A stretch of DNA of 63,487 nt, filler included, from Pelomyxa schiedti (lineage: Eukaryota > Protista > Evosea): the NCBI GenBank assembly GCA_020536535.1. It is 6 parts of 6 records of this genome, joined end to end, with 100 filler letters (N's around TTAATTAATTAA, not from the genome) between each part and the next. Parts side by side here need not be neighbours in the genome. Positions count along the whole stretch, not along the records: positions 16,993 to 46,980 come from JAHLWZ010001006.1; 5 more parts are not named here. One strand, written 5' to 3'. The translations under genes and the position numbers were made by a program. Shown piece by piece: positions 25,101 to 38,449 of the stretch (positions are counted from its first letter, which is position 1; every line of letters begins with the position of its first letter). The notes below the pieces were generated by a model that saw only the letters and a list, made by a program, of their open reading frames with translations, had not been told where the DNA came from and ran no database searches.

Positions 25101-28071
25101 GAAACTTGTACCTTAAAAAATATAAGGAAAGCATAAAGGCATCTCAGTGCACGACCTTGCCATCTTTTTCTTCTGCACAAACTGTTTCCAGTAACTCCTC
25201 CACTATTTGGGTGCCCCGGGGCTTGATTACAACTTTATCTGAACGGGTTATAGGTTATACACTGCCAATAGTGTTGTGGCATACCAAAAATTGATTGGAA
25301 AGCTTCTGGTGGAGTGTTACCTTGCAAAAAGGCCGAAATACGGGGTGGTGGTGGAGGTGGAGGTGGGGGAGGTGGAGAAAATGTCACAGCCGAGGTTGGA
25401 GATGGAGGAGGTGAAGGTGGTGAGGGTAGAAGCTGCTGTTGAGAGTGTGGGTGGCTTCCCGTGCTATTTGAAATATCGGTAAAACTAGGTGTTGAAGGTG
25501 AGGGTGTAAGTTTATCTGCATGTATTGCATTTCTTTTTGGTACTGTGACTGGTGCAGAGGACAGGAGATTATTGGCATATTTCGCACTGAAACTTGCGTT
25601 TACTGAGGCCGAATGTGGCAACTGAGATGCAACTGGGAGAAAGGCTCTGTGACTTGTTGCCAAAGGAGCTATCGTAGTAGAAGAAGCAGGGTTGGAATTC
25701 AAATTTGGCGTTGCGGACATTGAGGAAGCACCTACACTTGCTGGTGGGTAAGCACCTAGAAATACACCCATTGACCTAGCGTGTTGCATGAGTTCTTTCC
25801 CTAAAGCGGCTACTTCAGCTTCCCATTCATCATGAGCCTTTGTTGCAGCTAGATAATGGCCTAGCTCATCTTGGGAAGATGTGGGTTCAGGTTTTGTTGG
25901 CAGTGGAGGTTCTCTTTTTGTTTTCCGTGCCAAATCATACCAGTATTTTTCATCAGCTGGACTGCCCGATGCGGGTGCACATATTGGCACACTGGCAGTC
26001 AACAGAGGGGTTGCCGGGATAAACTGTGGTAAAGAGTTATAAGCTATGTCAAATTTTTAGAAGATACCTCTTCCGCAGAAATCGAAATGGGACAGAGAGC
26101 TTTTAATGCTGCACTAAGATCTGGTTTGAGAGGTTTGAGAAGCCTTTTCCTGTGTTTCTCTGGTAGGGTGGAAATTGCTTGCTTTTTCCAGTTAGTGTAC
26201 TGCACTTGGATACAGGCAGAGATACCTCTGCTCTATCGCCTAGTTTTGCACGTAACATTGCAACAGCTTCATCCATAATATCGTTTTGCATTTTTTCATC
26301 GTCAATTTGTTTTTTAAGCTGTACCTCAGCATCCCGGATTGCTTCTAATAGTTGTGTGGCCTTGTGTTGATTGGTTTCATCTGTTCTATACATAAATTCC
26401 AAGCTGAACTTCGCACACATATTACTTTAATATTCAAACTGCACAAACATTGCTGTTGGTATTGAGTTAAATCGGACTGTAGTTGTTGGTTCTCTTGATG
26501 TAAGGTAACAACTTTGCCAGTGAGAAATTGCACTTGCTCGTACAATACTTCCTCTAAAAAAAATATTAATTAAGAAAACACAAGTGCAAAACCAGCCTTG
26601 TGATTGATCTTCATGCATCAGTTCAACAGAATTAACTCTCCCTCCCTTTATTTGAATATTGAGTTTTATTTGATGAGTGGAGTCGATGAGTACACCCTAA
26701 AATAAGTCACATCAGGTTAAATTTTTAGGTTCTGGGTAATACACTACTAGGAATATCTTCAGCCTTTCTTTTGTATTCTTGTAATTCTTGGAGGGTGGCT
26801 GAATGAGCTTTTTTCTCAGTATCCAATTCAAAGTTCAATTGTTTATTGCACTGTTTGGATGAGATTTAATAAAACTGGGAATAAGGAAACATTATCAATT
26901 TCTTTCAGTTCACTCAACAATGATTGAAGTTGGGCAACAGTTTGTTCCCGTAATGAGATGCCTTTCTGTTTTTCATCTGCAAGTTGCTGGGTTTGTTAGA
27001 TACATTAAAGGAGCCCAAAAAAACCTGTTGAAATTCCTGTCGGTCTCTTTCTCGTACTTCAGACATAATCCTGCATTTACTATGAGAGCTTTTTACCTCT
27101 TCCCCAAATTACTGTTGGTAGGTAGAAATCTGTTCTATAAGACTGGAAATAGTTTCTTTTAGATGTGTTGTCTCTGATTGGGACTTTTTCCAGCGCTCTT
27201 CCAAAGATAGTTCAGCCTCCAAATTGCCTTGGATATTGAGTTTGGTAGATGAAAAACTAACGGGAAGTACTTGGAGGTTCTTCCTCAGAACTGGTCTCTA
27301 AATTTGAAGTGGGGAAAAAAAAAAACATTTGGCGGGCATACTGTCAATATCAGATTCACTGCTGCAAGAATTTTGTGAACTTCCACTTTCGTCACTGCTG
27401 TAGGCACTACTGCCTGAATTGCTGTCATCACTGCCGCTATGTACATCACTATCACTCTCACTTTTTCCATCATCTGTATCGCTACCCTCATCATCCCCGT
27501 CGTGCGCATTTGTATCTGCCTCGTGTTTGTTGTAACTCTCCAGATTGGGGTTGCTCCACTCACTCAGTCTCAGATTATGTACCACGCAGGTCTTGATTTC
27601 AGGAGCACTCCCACTGCTGCTGCCATTTGTGGAACTCGGTGCACCATTGCACTCATGTTCATCAAGGTGCGCAGACGCAGGTCTGTGTATTTTACTTGGG
27701 GCAGTCAGGTGAGGGCATGTGCTCGACTTGGCACGCGGCCGGATGGAAATTGCCAAGGTGGCGTTTGTACTTTTCAGCTCGGAGATGATGCGAGCAGACG
27801 ACGAGACCAAGGAAGACGCGGTGGGCTTCTTGGGCACCTGCGGCGAGGCCTCCTGGCTCGGCGACGCAGCCGACATCATTGGCAACGGCGAAGTCGACGG
27901 CGACAGCGGCAGCGGCGGTGTGATTGTTGGGGAGAAAATCGGAGCGGGCTGGAAAAAAGTGCGCGGGGGTGGCGGCGATGACCAACCTCCGCCCACACGC
28001 AGATCTCCGCTTCGTACAAGGGTCAGAGGTGGTGTTGCTGTCGCAGTAGGCGCAACGGCATCCGATCTCAT
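22166..28071 (-). CDS. Large multidomain protein: coiled coil, Pro-rich, WD40-like repeats, C1, degenerate Sec7, PH (may be two genes, split near 26050)
   Basis: WD-like HNRGPIQSI...IWTTAADMTICIW and GHSGSITCL; C1 HKFQPHTF..CIAC..C..C...HEKC; Sec7-like LDFEMTLRRVL..GFPKD; PH QGALSKKG...WLRAL. Confidence 0.65.
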
Positions 28072-28297
28072 GCGTATGAGATCAAATTGAACGTGACGAT
28101 TGACGATCGAAGATGAAAATTAGCGACGTGCACAGCCCCATGCGAAACAGAAATTCAAATCCGCGACACTGCAGGGTAATGCTGTCAAATGTCAGCGAGA
28201 TTGAGGGGTGTGGCTCAATTCCTTAACCAAGAATCAGATATTCTCCAAAAACCAGATTTCGTTCGACCAGATCTTGGCGTAACGAACAACGTGCACA

Positions 28298-30065
28298 ATG
28301 GACCGGATAGAGGGTGGTGTTGTGATGCTGCGTGGCGAGGATGAGACAACAAGTGAAAATGGCACGGAGGATTCGGCGTCGTCTGCGGGCCTTGTTATCG
28401 CGAGACACGACAAGAAACGGGGATCTCTTTGTTCTCCTCGTCGTTGTGCGTTATTGGGAGTATTAACGGTCCTGATATTGGTTATCTTTGGAGGTTACTT
28501 CCTTTCGTTTCACGTTCTAGCCTGTTTACGTTACATTCAGTGCTTGGATGGGTTCTGTACGAAGGATTGAGTTCTAGTGACGATTTGCCTACAGACCCCC
28601 TTGAACGTGCATTTGCGTTGCTCGGCAAGTGGGTTCGTGATATATTTTACCAAAGAGTGACTTTGGTAACTCTTTTGTTTGTAGGTATCCACTAGTTGAC
28701 TGCCACAATGATCTGGCGTCCGCACTGCGACAATATTACTATGACGACCTGGATCTTATCAACTTAACCAAGAAACAACCTTACATTGTTTCCAGTATGC
28801 AACAAATTGATCCTTTGTATTCCTTCTAAAGTAGGAAGATATTCCTGCATTAGAATCTGGAGGAGTTGGAGCTCTAATGCTTAGTGCCTGGGTGGATTGC
28901 AATGCGTACGCTTTTTTTCCGTTATTTCACCTTTTCTTAATCGGGCTTAGGCAGTATGCTGACGCAGTAAGAATAGGACTTGAACAAGGTACCACATTTG
29001 GCTTGATGCTTTGTCTCATTTTTGAGCACAAGTGGATGTGATAAAAAGAATTGCACAGCAGTATCCGAGCACCTTGGAGATTGTTACGACCTCGAACGGT
29101 CTGCAGGAGGCATTCAAAGAAGGAAAAATTGCTGCCCTGATAAGCTTAGAAGGTGGGCACATCATTGATAGCTCTCTTGCTGCTATAAGGATGTTCTATG
29201 ATCTTGGAGTCCGTTGTGAGTCTGAAAACCACCAGTCGGATTGTGACTAATTGTTTGTCAGCAATCACCCTCACTCATTCTTGTAACACGCCATGGGCAC
29301 AAAGTTGTTCAGGGACTGAATTATTGGGGAATCCTTCTGGGCTCTCTGATTTTGGTGTTCAAGTTGTCAGAGAAATGAACAGACTTGGAATGATTGTCGA
29401 TCTATCTCACGCAGCAAATAACACTCAGACATCTGTACTCTTGGCCAGTCAGCACCCATAATTTTTTCTCACTCCAATGTGTAAGTGCGTGCGCTTTATC
29501 ATGGATCTCAATTGTGGCAGTTACACTCTGTGCCCTATGATTAGAAATGTGGCAGATCCGGTGCTAGATTTATTGAAAGAAAATGGGGGTCTAATAGCTG
29601 TTACTTTGCCCAGGTATGGCCAGATGTAATTGTTAACAAACCTTTACCTTATAGCTCTAAGGTATTTTATCAACTGTACGGCCAACGATGCTACTATTGC
29701 CCAACTTGCAGACCACATTGATTACGTTGTGAACCGAATTGGGATAAGCCACGTTGGGATTGGTACCGATTTGGACGGGTGTTATAACAAAACTGTCCCC
29801 TGTCAGGGTACTGAAATGACCGACCCTACATTCTTCCCATATCTCGTAGCAGAACTGATTGGAAGAGGGTTTCCATTTTCCCTCCCCGATACCGCATCTA
29901 ACAATAAGTAGATACACAGATGAAGACATTGAACAATTCATTGGAGGCAACTTTATACGGGTGATGTCGGAAGTAGAAGCCGTCAGTGAGCAACTGAAAA
30001 CTGCTTCCGTAATAAACACACTCATTGACTACAACTTCAGCACTTCGTGCCGCACACAGTATTGA
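28298..30065 (+). CDS. Membrane dipeptidase (peptidase M19), N-terminal TM anchor; one apparent frameshift at ~29450
   Basis: VDCHND, LEGGH, TLTHSCNTPW, GLSDFG..VVREMNRLGMIVDLSH, IFSHS, RNV, HVGIGTDLDG, GGNFIRV. Confidence 0.9.
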
Positions 30066-30114
30066 ATATGCAGTTCCATGAAGAACGAGATTTCCCCAAC
30101 GAATGGCACTACTT

Positions 30115-31760
30115 TTAATTGCAAAGGATATGTGCTATAGCACCACATATCAGATGGATGTTCTTGTTCAAAAAAGAAAAATCGAGGGTTTCAACAGTAT
30201 CTGTTTTTTGGTGGTGATTTGGGTTGATTTGGCCTGTTAAATTGGTTACTTGTTAGTTGTACGAAAGTGAAGATACCATGGGTTGGAGAATGTGGCTCTG
30301 CAATACTGACTGTAGGGAAAACTAAAATTTGTTGTTTGCAATGAGAAAGGGGGTGCGTGTGGTGGCATACCATTTTTAAAGGGAATAAAATCAGATACAC
30401 CATGGAACGGGGACTCTTGCATTGTGTGTTCTGTTAAAGAACCGGCGACTTGTCTATAAATCGCTAATAGAGTATCATGCGTGGAGCTCACGGCAATTGT
30501 GTTGCCTTGATTATATCTATAAAGTGTTATTTAGCAGGTTAGGTAATTTGCTACACACCCTATCATATCAACACAATGTACACTGTGTATAGGGCAAGTC
30601 AGTTTTTCTAGAAGGAAAGCAAATTCCGTGCTTCCTTTGGTTCCAACTTCCTCCAAGTCAAAAAAGCAAAATATAGCTGCCCTCTGTGAGTACGTTACTC
30701 GAGAATGGGAGATAAAAACTCTACTTTGCGCTGGGGAAGTGTGCATAGGGTGGTGGCGATTTTCCACACAGCAGAAACTCCTGTCCCATTGTCATCAGCC
30801 CCTGGGCAGTTTACACTGTCAAAATGAGCTCCAATGACCACCACTGATAAAAAAAACACTTAGTTTCAGTATTAAATAATAATGTAATATTACTATCGTT
30901 GTACATTTGGTTACCTTCAGTTGGTCCTGTACCACATGTGGCAGGCAGAACAGAAATAATATTCTGCCCTGAAGAATGCCACAATTCTTGGAAATAAACA
31001 GGTAACCCGTGGTGATTAAATTCCTCCATTAAAAAGTCCTTGATATGCAAGCGATTGATGTGTTGCATCCGGTCAGGAACTCGCAATTGCAAATCATTTG
31101 GAATGCCCAAGGGTATTTCTCCCGTAATTTTGGACAGAAGACAACGCAAGTCTGCAGCCCAATCCTGAGGTCGAATGTTATCAAGATGTTACAGTGTCAA
31201 AAACACAACCTCTGCCATGATACTGCCAAAACTGGAATGGGGCGGTGCAGGATCAACACCTCGGAATACAAAAGAATGAATGGTATCTAAACAGCTTTGT
31301 AGTCTCACTTGTTGTAGTACAGGAGTCGATGCAGATGCAATTGCCTCCTTGAAGTCAATCAGTTATTTTTTTGATCTTAGCCGTTTTGCAAAGATCCATA
31401 TAAAAACAGTTTTTAAAAAAAGAGGTGCACCTTTTGGGGATGAACATCAGCAAAGTCGTCGCACAGATAGCACCAAATTGACATGTCCTCAAGAGACAGG
31501 CCCAAAGGGTGCCCAGTCTCCTCAAAGTGCCTCAGTGCGTGCCCCTGGTGCCACCTTGCCCCAACCCATAAGTCAATTAAACAGTCAACGAAACACAACC
31601 AAAAACGCAAGCCCGCCCAATCCCATAAGTGACATCAACTCGGCAACGCAAAGGGGATTCACCGGCTGCACGCGGGGTTAAAGCACGTGAGGCACAGCCA
31701 CGGCGCCGGGCCCTCGCAACCACGACATCGCGGGCGTCGGTTTCCGCTAAACAACGACAT
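30115..31760 (-). CDS. ZnF-UBP + peptidase M28 fusion protein
   Basis: CRGCEGPAPWLCLTCFNPACSR|WHQGHALRHFEETGH...IWCYLCD; M28 motifs IGAHFDS, PGADDNGTG, FDLEEVGTKGS, VDMIG, SDFIPF, NPNHHQKTDT. Confidence 0.85.
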
Positions 31761-31904
31761 CAGCGCCTCGGCTGTTGGCAACGCCCCAAGTTGGTGCGAG
31801 CAAGCCTGCATTGTCGACAACAACCGTTGAAACTCGTCTATCTTGTTTTGTACCCTGTTGATTTTCAGATTCCGTTAACGCTACAGACAGGAAAAGCTTT
31901 GGTG

Positions 31905-33396
31905 ATGCGGGGGTTTGCCGTGGTGGCGATTTGCGTTGCGGTGCACATTGTGGGATGTTGGTGTGGTGGAGGCATGTGGCTCAGACGGGAAATCTACGTT
32001 GCTTCCGGTTTGGAGACATCAATTGCATTCCCAAGCCTCACCCGCGCGCGAATTTTATTTTAGATTGCTCCGTAGACTCTCTGGTTGTGGTTGAGAGTGA
32101 CAGGAACACGAAATGCCCCGATGATCAGTCCTCACTCAATAGCTGCCTGAGGGTTGAACAGGAGAATGGGACTCAATTCTACGAGGTTGTGGGATGTGCA
32201 CAAACTCATTACTGGCCTGCGGCCGCGACTGGGTGGGTACTACCAAGCTTTCATTTGCGTTACGAGAAACCTGCACCTAATTTTTGGGTTACAGAGTTAT
32301 CACGAAGCAGTACACAAGTGGCATGTGCTACCCGGGATCCATGATCGCATTCAGATGGAAAAGAACTTGGCATCCTTTGAATCCTCTTTCACTTTCAACA
32401 TGTGGCAATGGCACTGCCAATATCTACTCTTGTAAATCTCTGCCAAATCCTGAAACCGCGGCTGGTAAGCCTCGTGGATTGTTGTGTGTATTATTTGTAT
32501 TGACGGAGACAGGTCTCCCTCAGGAGCCAGTCTCACCTGCTTCTGAATCTCCACAGCTTTCTTCGTGCACCCTCACTAATGAATATGCTACAAATACATG
32601 TCTCTTTAACTCGCATTCATCGATTACTGGTGCTTGGTGGATGGATTGGTCATGCACTCCAGCTTTCAATGTGTACAACAACACTTATGGTGCCTTTTTT
32701 TCCTTTTCTTTATTTTTTATTTTTGGTTTTTTTGTTTTGGCTAGCCAGTCTCAAGCTTTGCCAGAGAACAATGAACTCAAGGAACTTGAGTTTTCAAAAG
32801 CAACTGTGTGCCCTCATTCTACAAGCACCGAAACGCACAGAACAAACTGTTCGGGCTCTGGGGAGATTATGCATACAATCCCATCTCATGGGTACAACCT
32901 TTCCTTCCCGTACTTTCGCACTAAACGGTAGCTTGCAACTAGTTTATTACTTTCAACATATGAGTATATGTGCCTTGGAACACCTGTGAGTGGTAAATGG
33001 ATCAGCACTGGCTGCCATTCCTACAATGACTCATATGTGCTTGTGTCGTGTACACAAACTGAAGATGGGACCATTGCCAGAGTGGAGAATTGCAATAAAG
33101 ATTGCCAAGCTTGCAACCACTCTGCTCCAGAATGGACTGTTGGACACTGCAATTATGAAGCAGGTGCTTTTTCACAAGTTTCAGCATGCAGCGATCCAGT
33201 TCCCGAATTTGTGCGAAAGTTCTACAATTGTTCTACCCTCTAAAACCCAAACAAACAGATTGAGACCGCTGTTGAAGGCGCCCTTTGGGGCGTTGCCGCA
33301 ATGATATTTGTGGTAGCTGTGAGCTTCATTATTGTTGGGGCTATGGTCTTTGCCTCCCTCTACAAGACATCCTTTGAATACACAAAACTGCCCTGA
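31905..33396 (+). CDS. Cys-rich type I membrane/surface protein
   Basis: Signal-peptide-like MRGFAVVAICVAVHIVG, Cys-rich ectodomain, C-terminal TM, cytosolic YTKL (YxxPhi) motif. Confidence 0.6.
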
Positions 33397-33657
33397 GCTT
33401 ATGTCCTGACTCCTGACTGTTCGCAATGCGTGTCTGTACAGTACATTCAGTCTTCTCAATTCATTTTAGGAGGACCACTTTGTCAATACACTCAAAAACT
33501 TTCTTTTTTTTTTTTTTTTTGTGTGGACGCACGTTTTCTCGCTGAAAGCCATTCAAAGGTTTTGCCGCGCGGCATTCTTGAATCGGATTCACCATCAAAT
33601 CTTTTCAACAGGCGTGTTTTGTTGAAATACTTGAATTCTTCTTCATCTTTTACTGTA

Positions 33658-35872
33658 ATGACGGACGTAAAAGTGGTGGTTGTTGGTGATGGTGCCGTGG
33701 GAAAAAGTTGCCTTTTGATTAGTTATACAACTGGCTCTTTTCCATGTACGTAGCCTGTATTGTACTTTTAACTCAAAGTTTTCAGGCGACTACGTTCCCA
33801 CTGTATTTGAGTGTGCATAATCAAACCAGTTATCACTTGCTTATGATAACGTTTTTTTCCCTTAAGCAACTACGCTGCAAATCTGGTGGTCAATGGGAAA
33901 AATTTCTCCGTGGGATTGTGGGATACGGCTGGGCAAGAGGTAGAGTCATAAGAATGTTGTTAGTGTGTAACAACAAAAAAAAAGGAGTATGAGAGGCTGA
34001 GGCCCTTGTCTTATCCTAATACTGATGTATTTATTATTTGCTACAACTGTGTAAGCCTTGCCAGCTTGGAGAATGCCGGAGACAAGTGGATTGGGGAAAT
34101 TAGGCGTCACTGCCCCGGTGTACCAGTTATTCTCTCCTGCAATAAATGTGACCTGAGGAGTGAATCTGAATTCATATCCAAACAAGTACCAAAAGAGAAA
34201 GGTATTGCCATGGCAAAGAAAATAGGGGCCGTGGGGCATTTTGAAACATCTGCCCGCACCACGGCAGGTTGCAAAGAACTTTTTGATGCCGCTGTTAGGG
34301 CGGCTCTCTATTCTCCCAAATCTAAAGCTTCAGCACTTCCCCCTCCTCCAGTGCTACCAAAAGGCATTCCTGCACCCTGGATTAATGTCGCTCCTTCCAC
34401 ATACTCAGAAGATATGCGCTGCCTGCTGAACCACCATCGAGACTCCGCAGATATTACATTCATTCTCCGAAGTGAGCCGCTCAATACACAGCCGGCTCTA
34501 CTTTCCCATAGTGTTGTGTTGATATCCGCATCAGTTTTATGGAAGCGATTGTTAATCCAATCTCCACATCTATGGCGCGAGCGCAAGCCTGTCCCTCTCG
34601 ATCCAGCTTCTGTTATGCCAAGCTCCTCTGATCCAACTCTTCCTGACAAACCATTGCCGGAATTCCTTGATCCAGTTACCGAAGAGATGATGCAAGACCC
34701 AGTTATAGCTGCCGATGGGCATACTTACGAAAGAAGTGATTTACTTGTATGGCTGAGCAGGCATGACGCCAGCCCTGTTACTGGTGTTACCCTTGCAAAC
34801 AAAGAGCTTGCGCCCAATGAAAAGCTCCGTGCGCAGATTGAGGAGTTTTCCTTGAGGACTGGGTGGAAGGCGAAAGGCTCCATGCTGGGTGGGCCAACCC
34901 CAACGTCTCCTTTGGGATGCTATCTTATTGAAACAATCCAATTCGCAAATCAGGATCGTCCAGAGAAAGGCCTGGTGATTGTAATGGAAAAGAGTGTTAC
35001 CCGCCCTGCGATGGAGTGCTTGATTGAATTCTGGTACACAGGATTGCCATGGATACCTACTAGTGCTGCTGCTGATCCGGTAGTCCAGCAACTTACAACA
35101 GCCGCCACTGCCTTTGGAAGTGAGCACCTTGGCACAATCTGTAGAAACATCGAGGAAGGAAGAGACACGCTCAACCCGTCAATTGGAACATGGCTAAATG
35201 ACGAGACAGGGAAGGAAGCAAAGGCACTCTTTCTGGGTCGTGACACTTTATCCGATGGAGCTTTCCTCGTTCAGGGGAAAAAGATTCCGGTGCACAAGTC
35301 ATTCCTGAATGCCAGGTGCAGTGTTTTGGCTTCACTGCTTAAAGGTGATAGCCCCACGGAAATCGAGCAGGTTTCAGCAAAGAGTTTTCTTGCTGTGCTG
35401 GAATTTATCTACACAGATCACTCTCCAATAGACACCAACTGTGACACAGACAGATGCGAAGTTCTTCAGCTTGCTCACAAGCTACAGCTTCCAAGACTGA
35501 TTACACTCGCCGAGCTGTATTCCTCCAAGGCAATTGAAGTTGCCACACGGGAAAGTGTGGGCCAATGCACAATGCCTATTTGCGCCTTGCTTGAGGTTGC
35601 ACAAGAGACCGACGCCCAGCAACTTGTCAAATTCATGCAACACTTCTGCTGCACAAACTACGGGCCCATTTCACAAAGGGCCGACTTTGCCAAACTCTCA
35701 GTGGCGAACAGGCACTACATCGACGAAAACCAGTAAGAGCATACTTCGTGACAACGTTCTTCTAACACAAAAACAAAAAAGGTGGCCACCCAAGAGTTAT
35801 TTCAAAGAAGTTGAAAACTACGATAAACTTGTGGCTGCTGCAGGAAAGAAAGATAATTGCAGTGTAATGTAG
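33658..35872 (+). CDS. RhoBTB-like protein: Rho GTPase, split BTB with inserted U-box, second BTB, CAAX
   Basis: [34 protein letters not shown]; U-box [26 protein letters not shown]...PNEKLRAQI; [13 protein letters not shown]; ends CSVM. Confidence 0.9.
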
Positions 35873-36009
35873 CAAAGGAGTTGTCGAAAAAAATAAGTGG
35901 TTCAACTCAAAGAAAAGTTTGCAAACAACAAACAATAGCGCCACAACTCCTTTCTCCTTCCAGAAACAACACAAAAAGGAGAATTTTTGATGATCAAAAT
36001 TTACAAAAC

Positions 36010-36895
36010 ATGGCTGCGTCAAGGGCATGCTTTGTGGTTGGAATCAGGTTCGCTCACGTCGTTTCTAAAATTTTTCCAACCAATCCAACAAAGCGGGCCA
36101 ACTGGAAGCGGAAAAACTACAGTCGTGAGGCAGCTGTCAAATATGTTGCAATGGGACCATACCACACCAGCACCAATGGTGCACCTCGATTTGTGTTTTA
36201 GAACTGGGTTTGATTCCTATCTTCTACATGTGGCAATTTGTGAAGTCTCATTGTTCCCTCGATTTGTTCATTCATTGGCTATTATAACTGTGGGATGTGA
36301 TGCAGTCATTTGCCAGGCACTGAATTTGGGTGCCGAATCAAGAACATGGAAACACCAGATGCCATTGACTATGATAAATTCATGCAGCAGCTCCAAAAAT
36401 GCAAGGAGCTTGCCGAGTCACCACCATGTCACAATCCTGAATCCTCGTCACCAGTGTGCAGCGCAGAATCAAGTACTAGTGGAACCGAAAGTGGCACAAT
36501 TCAGGGTGCAACGAAAAGAATAGTGCTTGCAGAAGGGTTCCTACTCTTCTGTAATGATACTCTGTACCGCGACAGGCTCGATTTGAGGATTTTCCTTACA
36601 TGTGACCGAGATACAGCCTACACTCGACGGCTCAACAGAAAGAAAAGAAAAAACAAAGAGCTCTTTGATGGTTAGTCTTTTCCCTCCTAAATCCACCATC
36701 TCCAACTCAGATACCAATGAAGCTTACTTTGACCGTTATGTCTGGCCTGGCTACACAGAGCACAATGCACCATTTGCATCACTGCCCCCAGGCCTCCACA
36801 CAGTCAATGAGAGGCCAGTCCTCGTGATCGACGGCACCCAAGATCCAACAGCAGTCCTCAGCCAAGTACTAGATTACATCCGCACATCCTCATGA
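36010..36895 (+). CDS. Nicotinamide riboside kinase / uridine kinase-like P-loop kinase
   Basis: VVGI|SGPTGSGKTT, ETPDAIDY, LAEGFLLF, YFDRYVWP. Confidence 0.75.
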
Positions 36896-36988
36896 GGAAG
36901 GTTCTGGCTGTTCCCAACAGATCTCATCTCGATTTTTTTCGCAACACAATCAAGCAACACCCATCAATCACTTTGAAAAAAAAAAAAA

Positions 36989-38200
36989 ATGTCCAACAAC
37001 GCCACGTCCCCCGAGGCGACAACAATGTCCGCGTCGGAGCCCGCGCCCACGCCTTCGTCCGCCACCGCGGCAGCCACGCCCACGATGGTATCTGCCTCTG
37101 CTGTGGTCGCCACCACGAGCGCCAGTCCGACAGCGCCGGCAACCACCACGGCCACAACTACCACCTCGTCGTCGTCGTCGTCCGCGGCCGCGCCGCCGCC
37201 TATCCACCCGTCCGCCAAGCCGATGGAGTCCGACGACCCCTTGTTCGAGCAGCTGCACGCGGCGTGCGCCGACCGCAGCGGCGCCCCGATGCTGAACAAG
37301 CTCGGCGTGAGCGTGTTTGTCCGACAGGGCGTCGGTGGCCCCAACCTGGTGCTGGGCGTCGGGGAGATCGCGGCCACTGTGGACGCGGTGCTGCCTTTTG
37401 TGAACCAGCTGGACCCCAGGCCAAAGTGGGATACATTTTTTGCCGGGGGGAGGGTGATCACTGACTTTGGTGGGGAGGTATTCCTGTTGTATTCCTGTAC
37501 TTTTGTATTCTTGTTTTTTTTTTTTCCTTTTTTCTTTTGGCTTGTTTTCGTGGGTTCCCCATAGACTGACACATTTAACTGAAACTATTTTAACAAAAAA
37601 AAAAAAAAAAAAAGCATGTTAAAGTAAGCGTGATCTCTAACAGTGCACAACATTCATAGACTCAGAGCAAGATTATACACTTCTGGACAAAATCGACTTT
37701 TGCTGTGTGGCCAAGAGATTGTGTCATTGTCATGGGTACAAAACCAGACGGAAATGGCGGATATTTGGTTGCATGCCGTTCAATTGATGACGTGAGCTTT
37801 CTCTTTTTTCCAGTACATTGCTTCTAACATGACTTCTCAAGAGTATCGTGCCTCCTACAAGTGCTTATGTAAGAGCTAATATCCCAATTGCTGGATTTCA
37901 CGTTTATCCCTCACCCCCAAGTCCTGGTGCAACCTCGGGCACCACAACTACTCTATGCTATTGCCTTAAAAGTATGAACCCTTTTTCTTTTTCATCTCGT
38001 CACCTTTTTCCAGTTGATGTGGCTGGGTGGATCCCAAACAGTATTGCCAATCTTGTAAACAAGTATCAAGTAAGTAGTTAAATACCAGCAAATCAAAACA
38101 ACTCACATGAGTGCAGCCCCTTGGAATCATTGGAGTGAGGAAACTAGTCACAGGCAAAAGTGAACTCACTGATCCCCCCACTGTTCCACTGAAAGACTAG
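36989..38200 (+). CDS. START-domain lipid-binding protein
   Basis: RPKWD, VWPRDCV, YVRA, DVAGWIPNSIAN. Confidence 0.8.
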
Positions 38201-38449
38201 CCCAGGCACAAACATCGATCAACGAAAGGTAAATGCATTTTGGTTTTCCGGTGCGTGTAAACCCGCTAACGGTTTTCCGTAAAACCCACCTTCCTGTAAT
38301 TAGACTTCTTTCTTTCTTTTCTGCCGAAACACTTCATCACATGCACAATATCGATAAGAAACCGAACGCCGAACCACGGAAACACCCACCAAAGAAAAAA
38401 ACCAGTAAACATAGCAATAATTTAAAACAAACGATAGAGGCTTCTTGCA

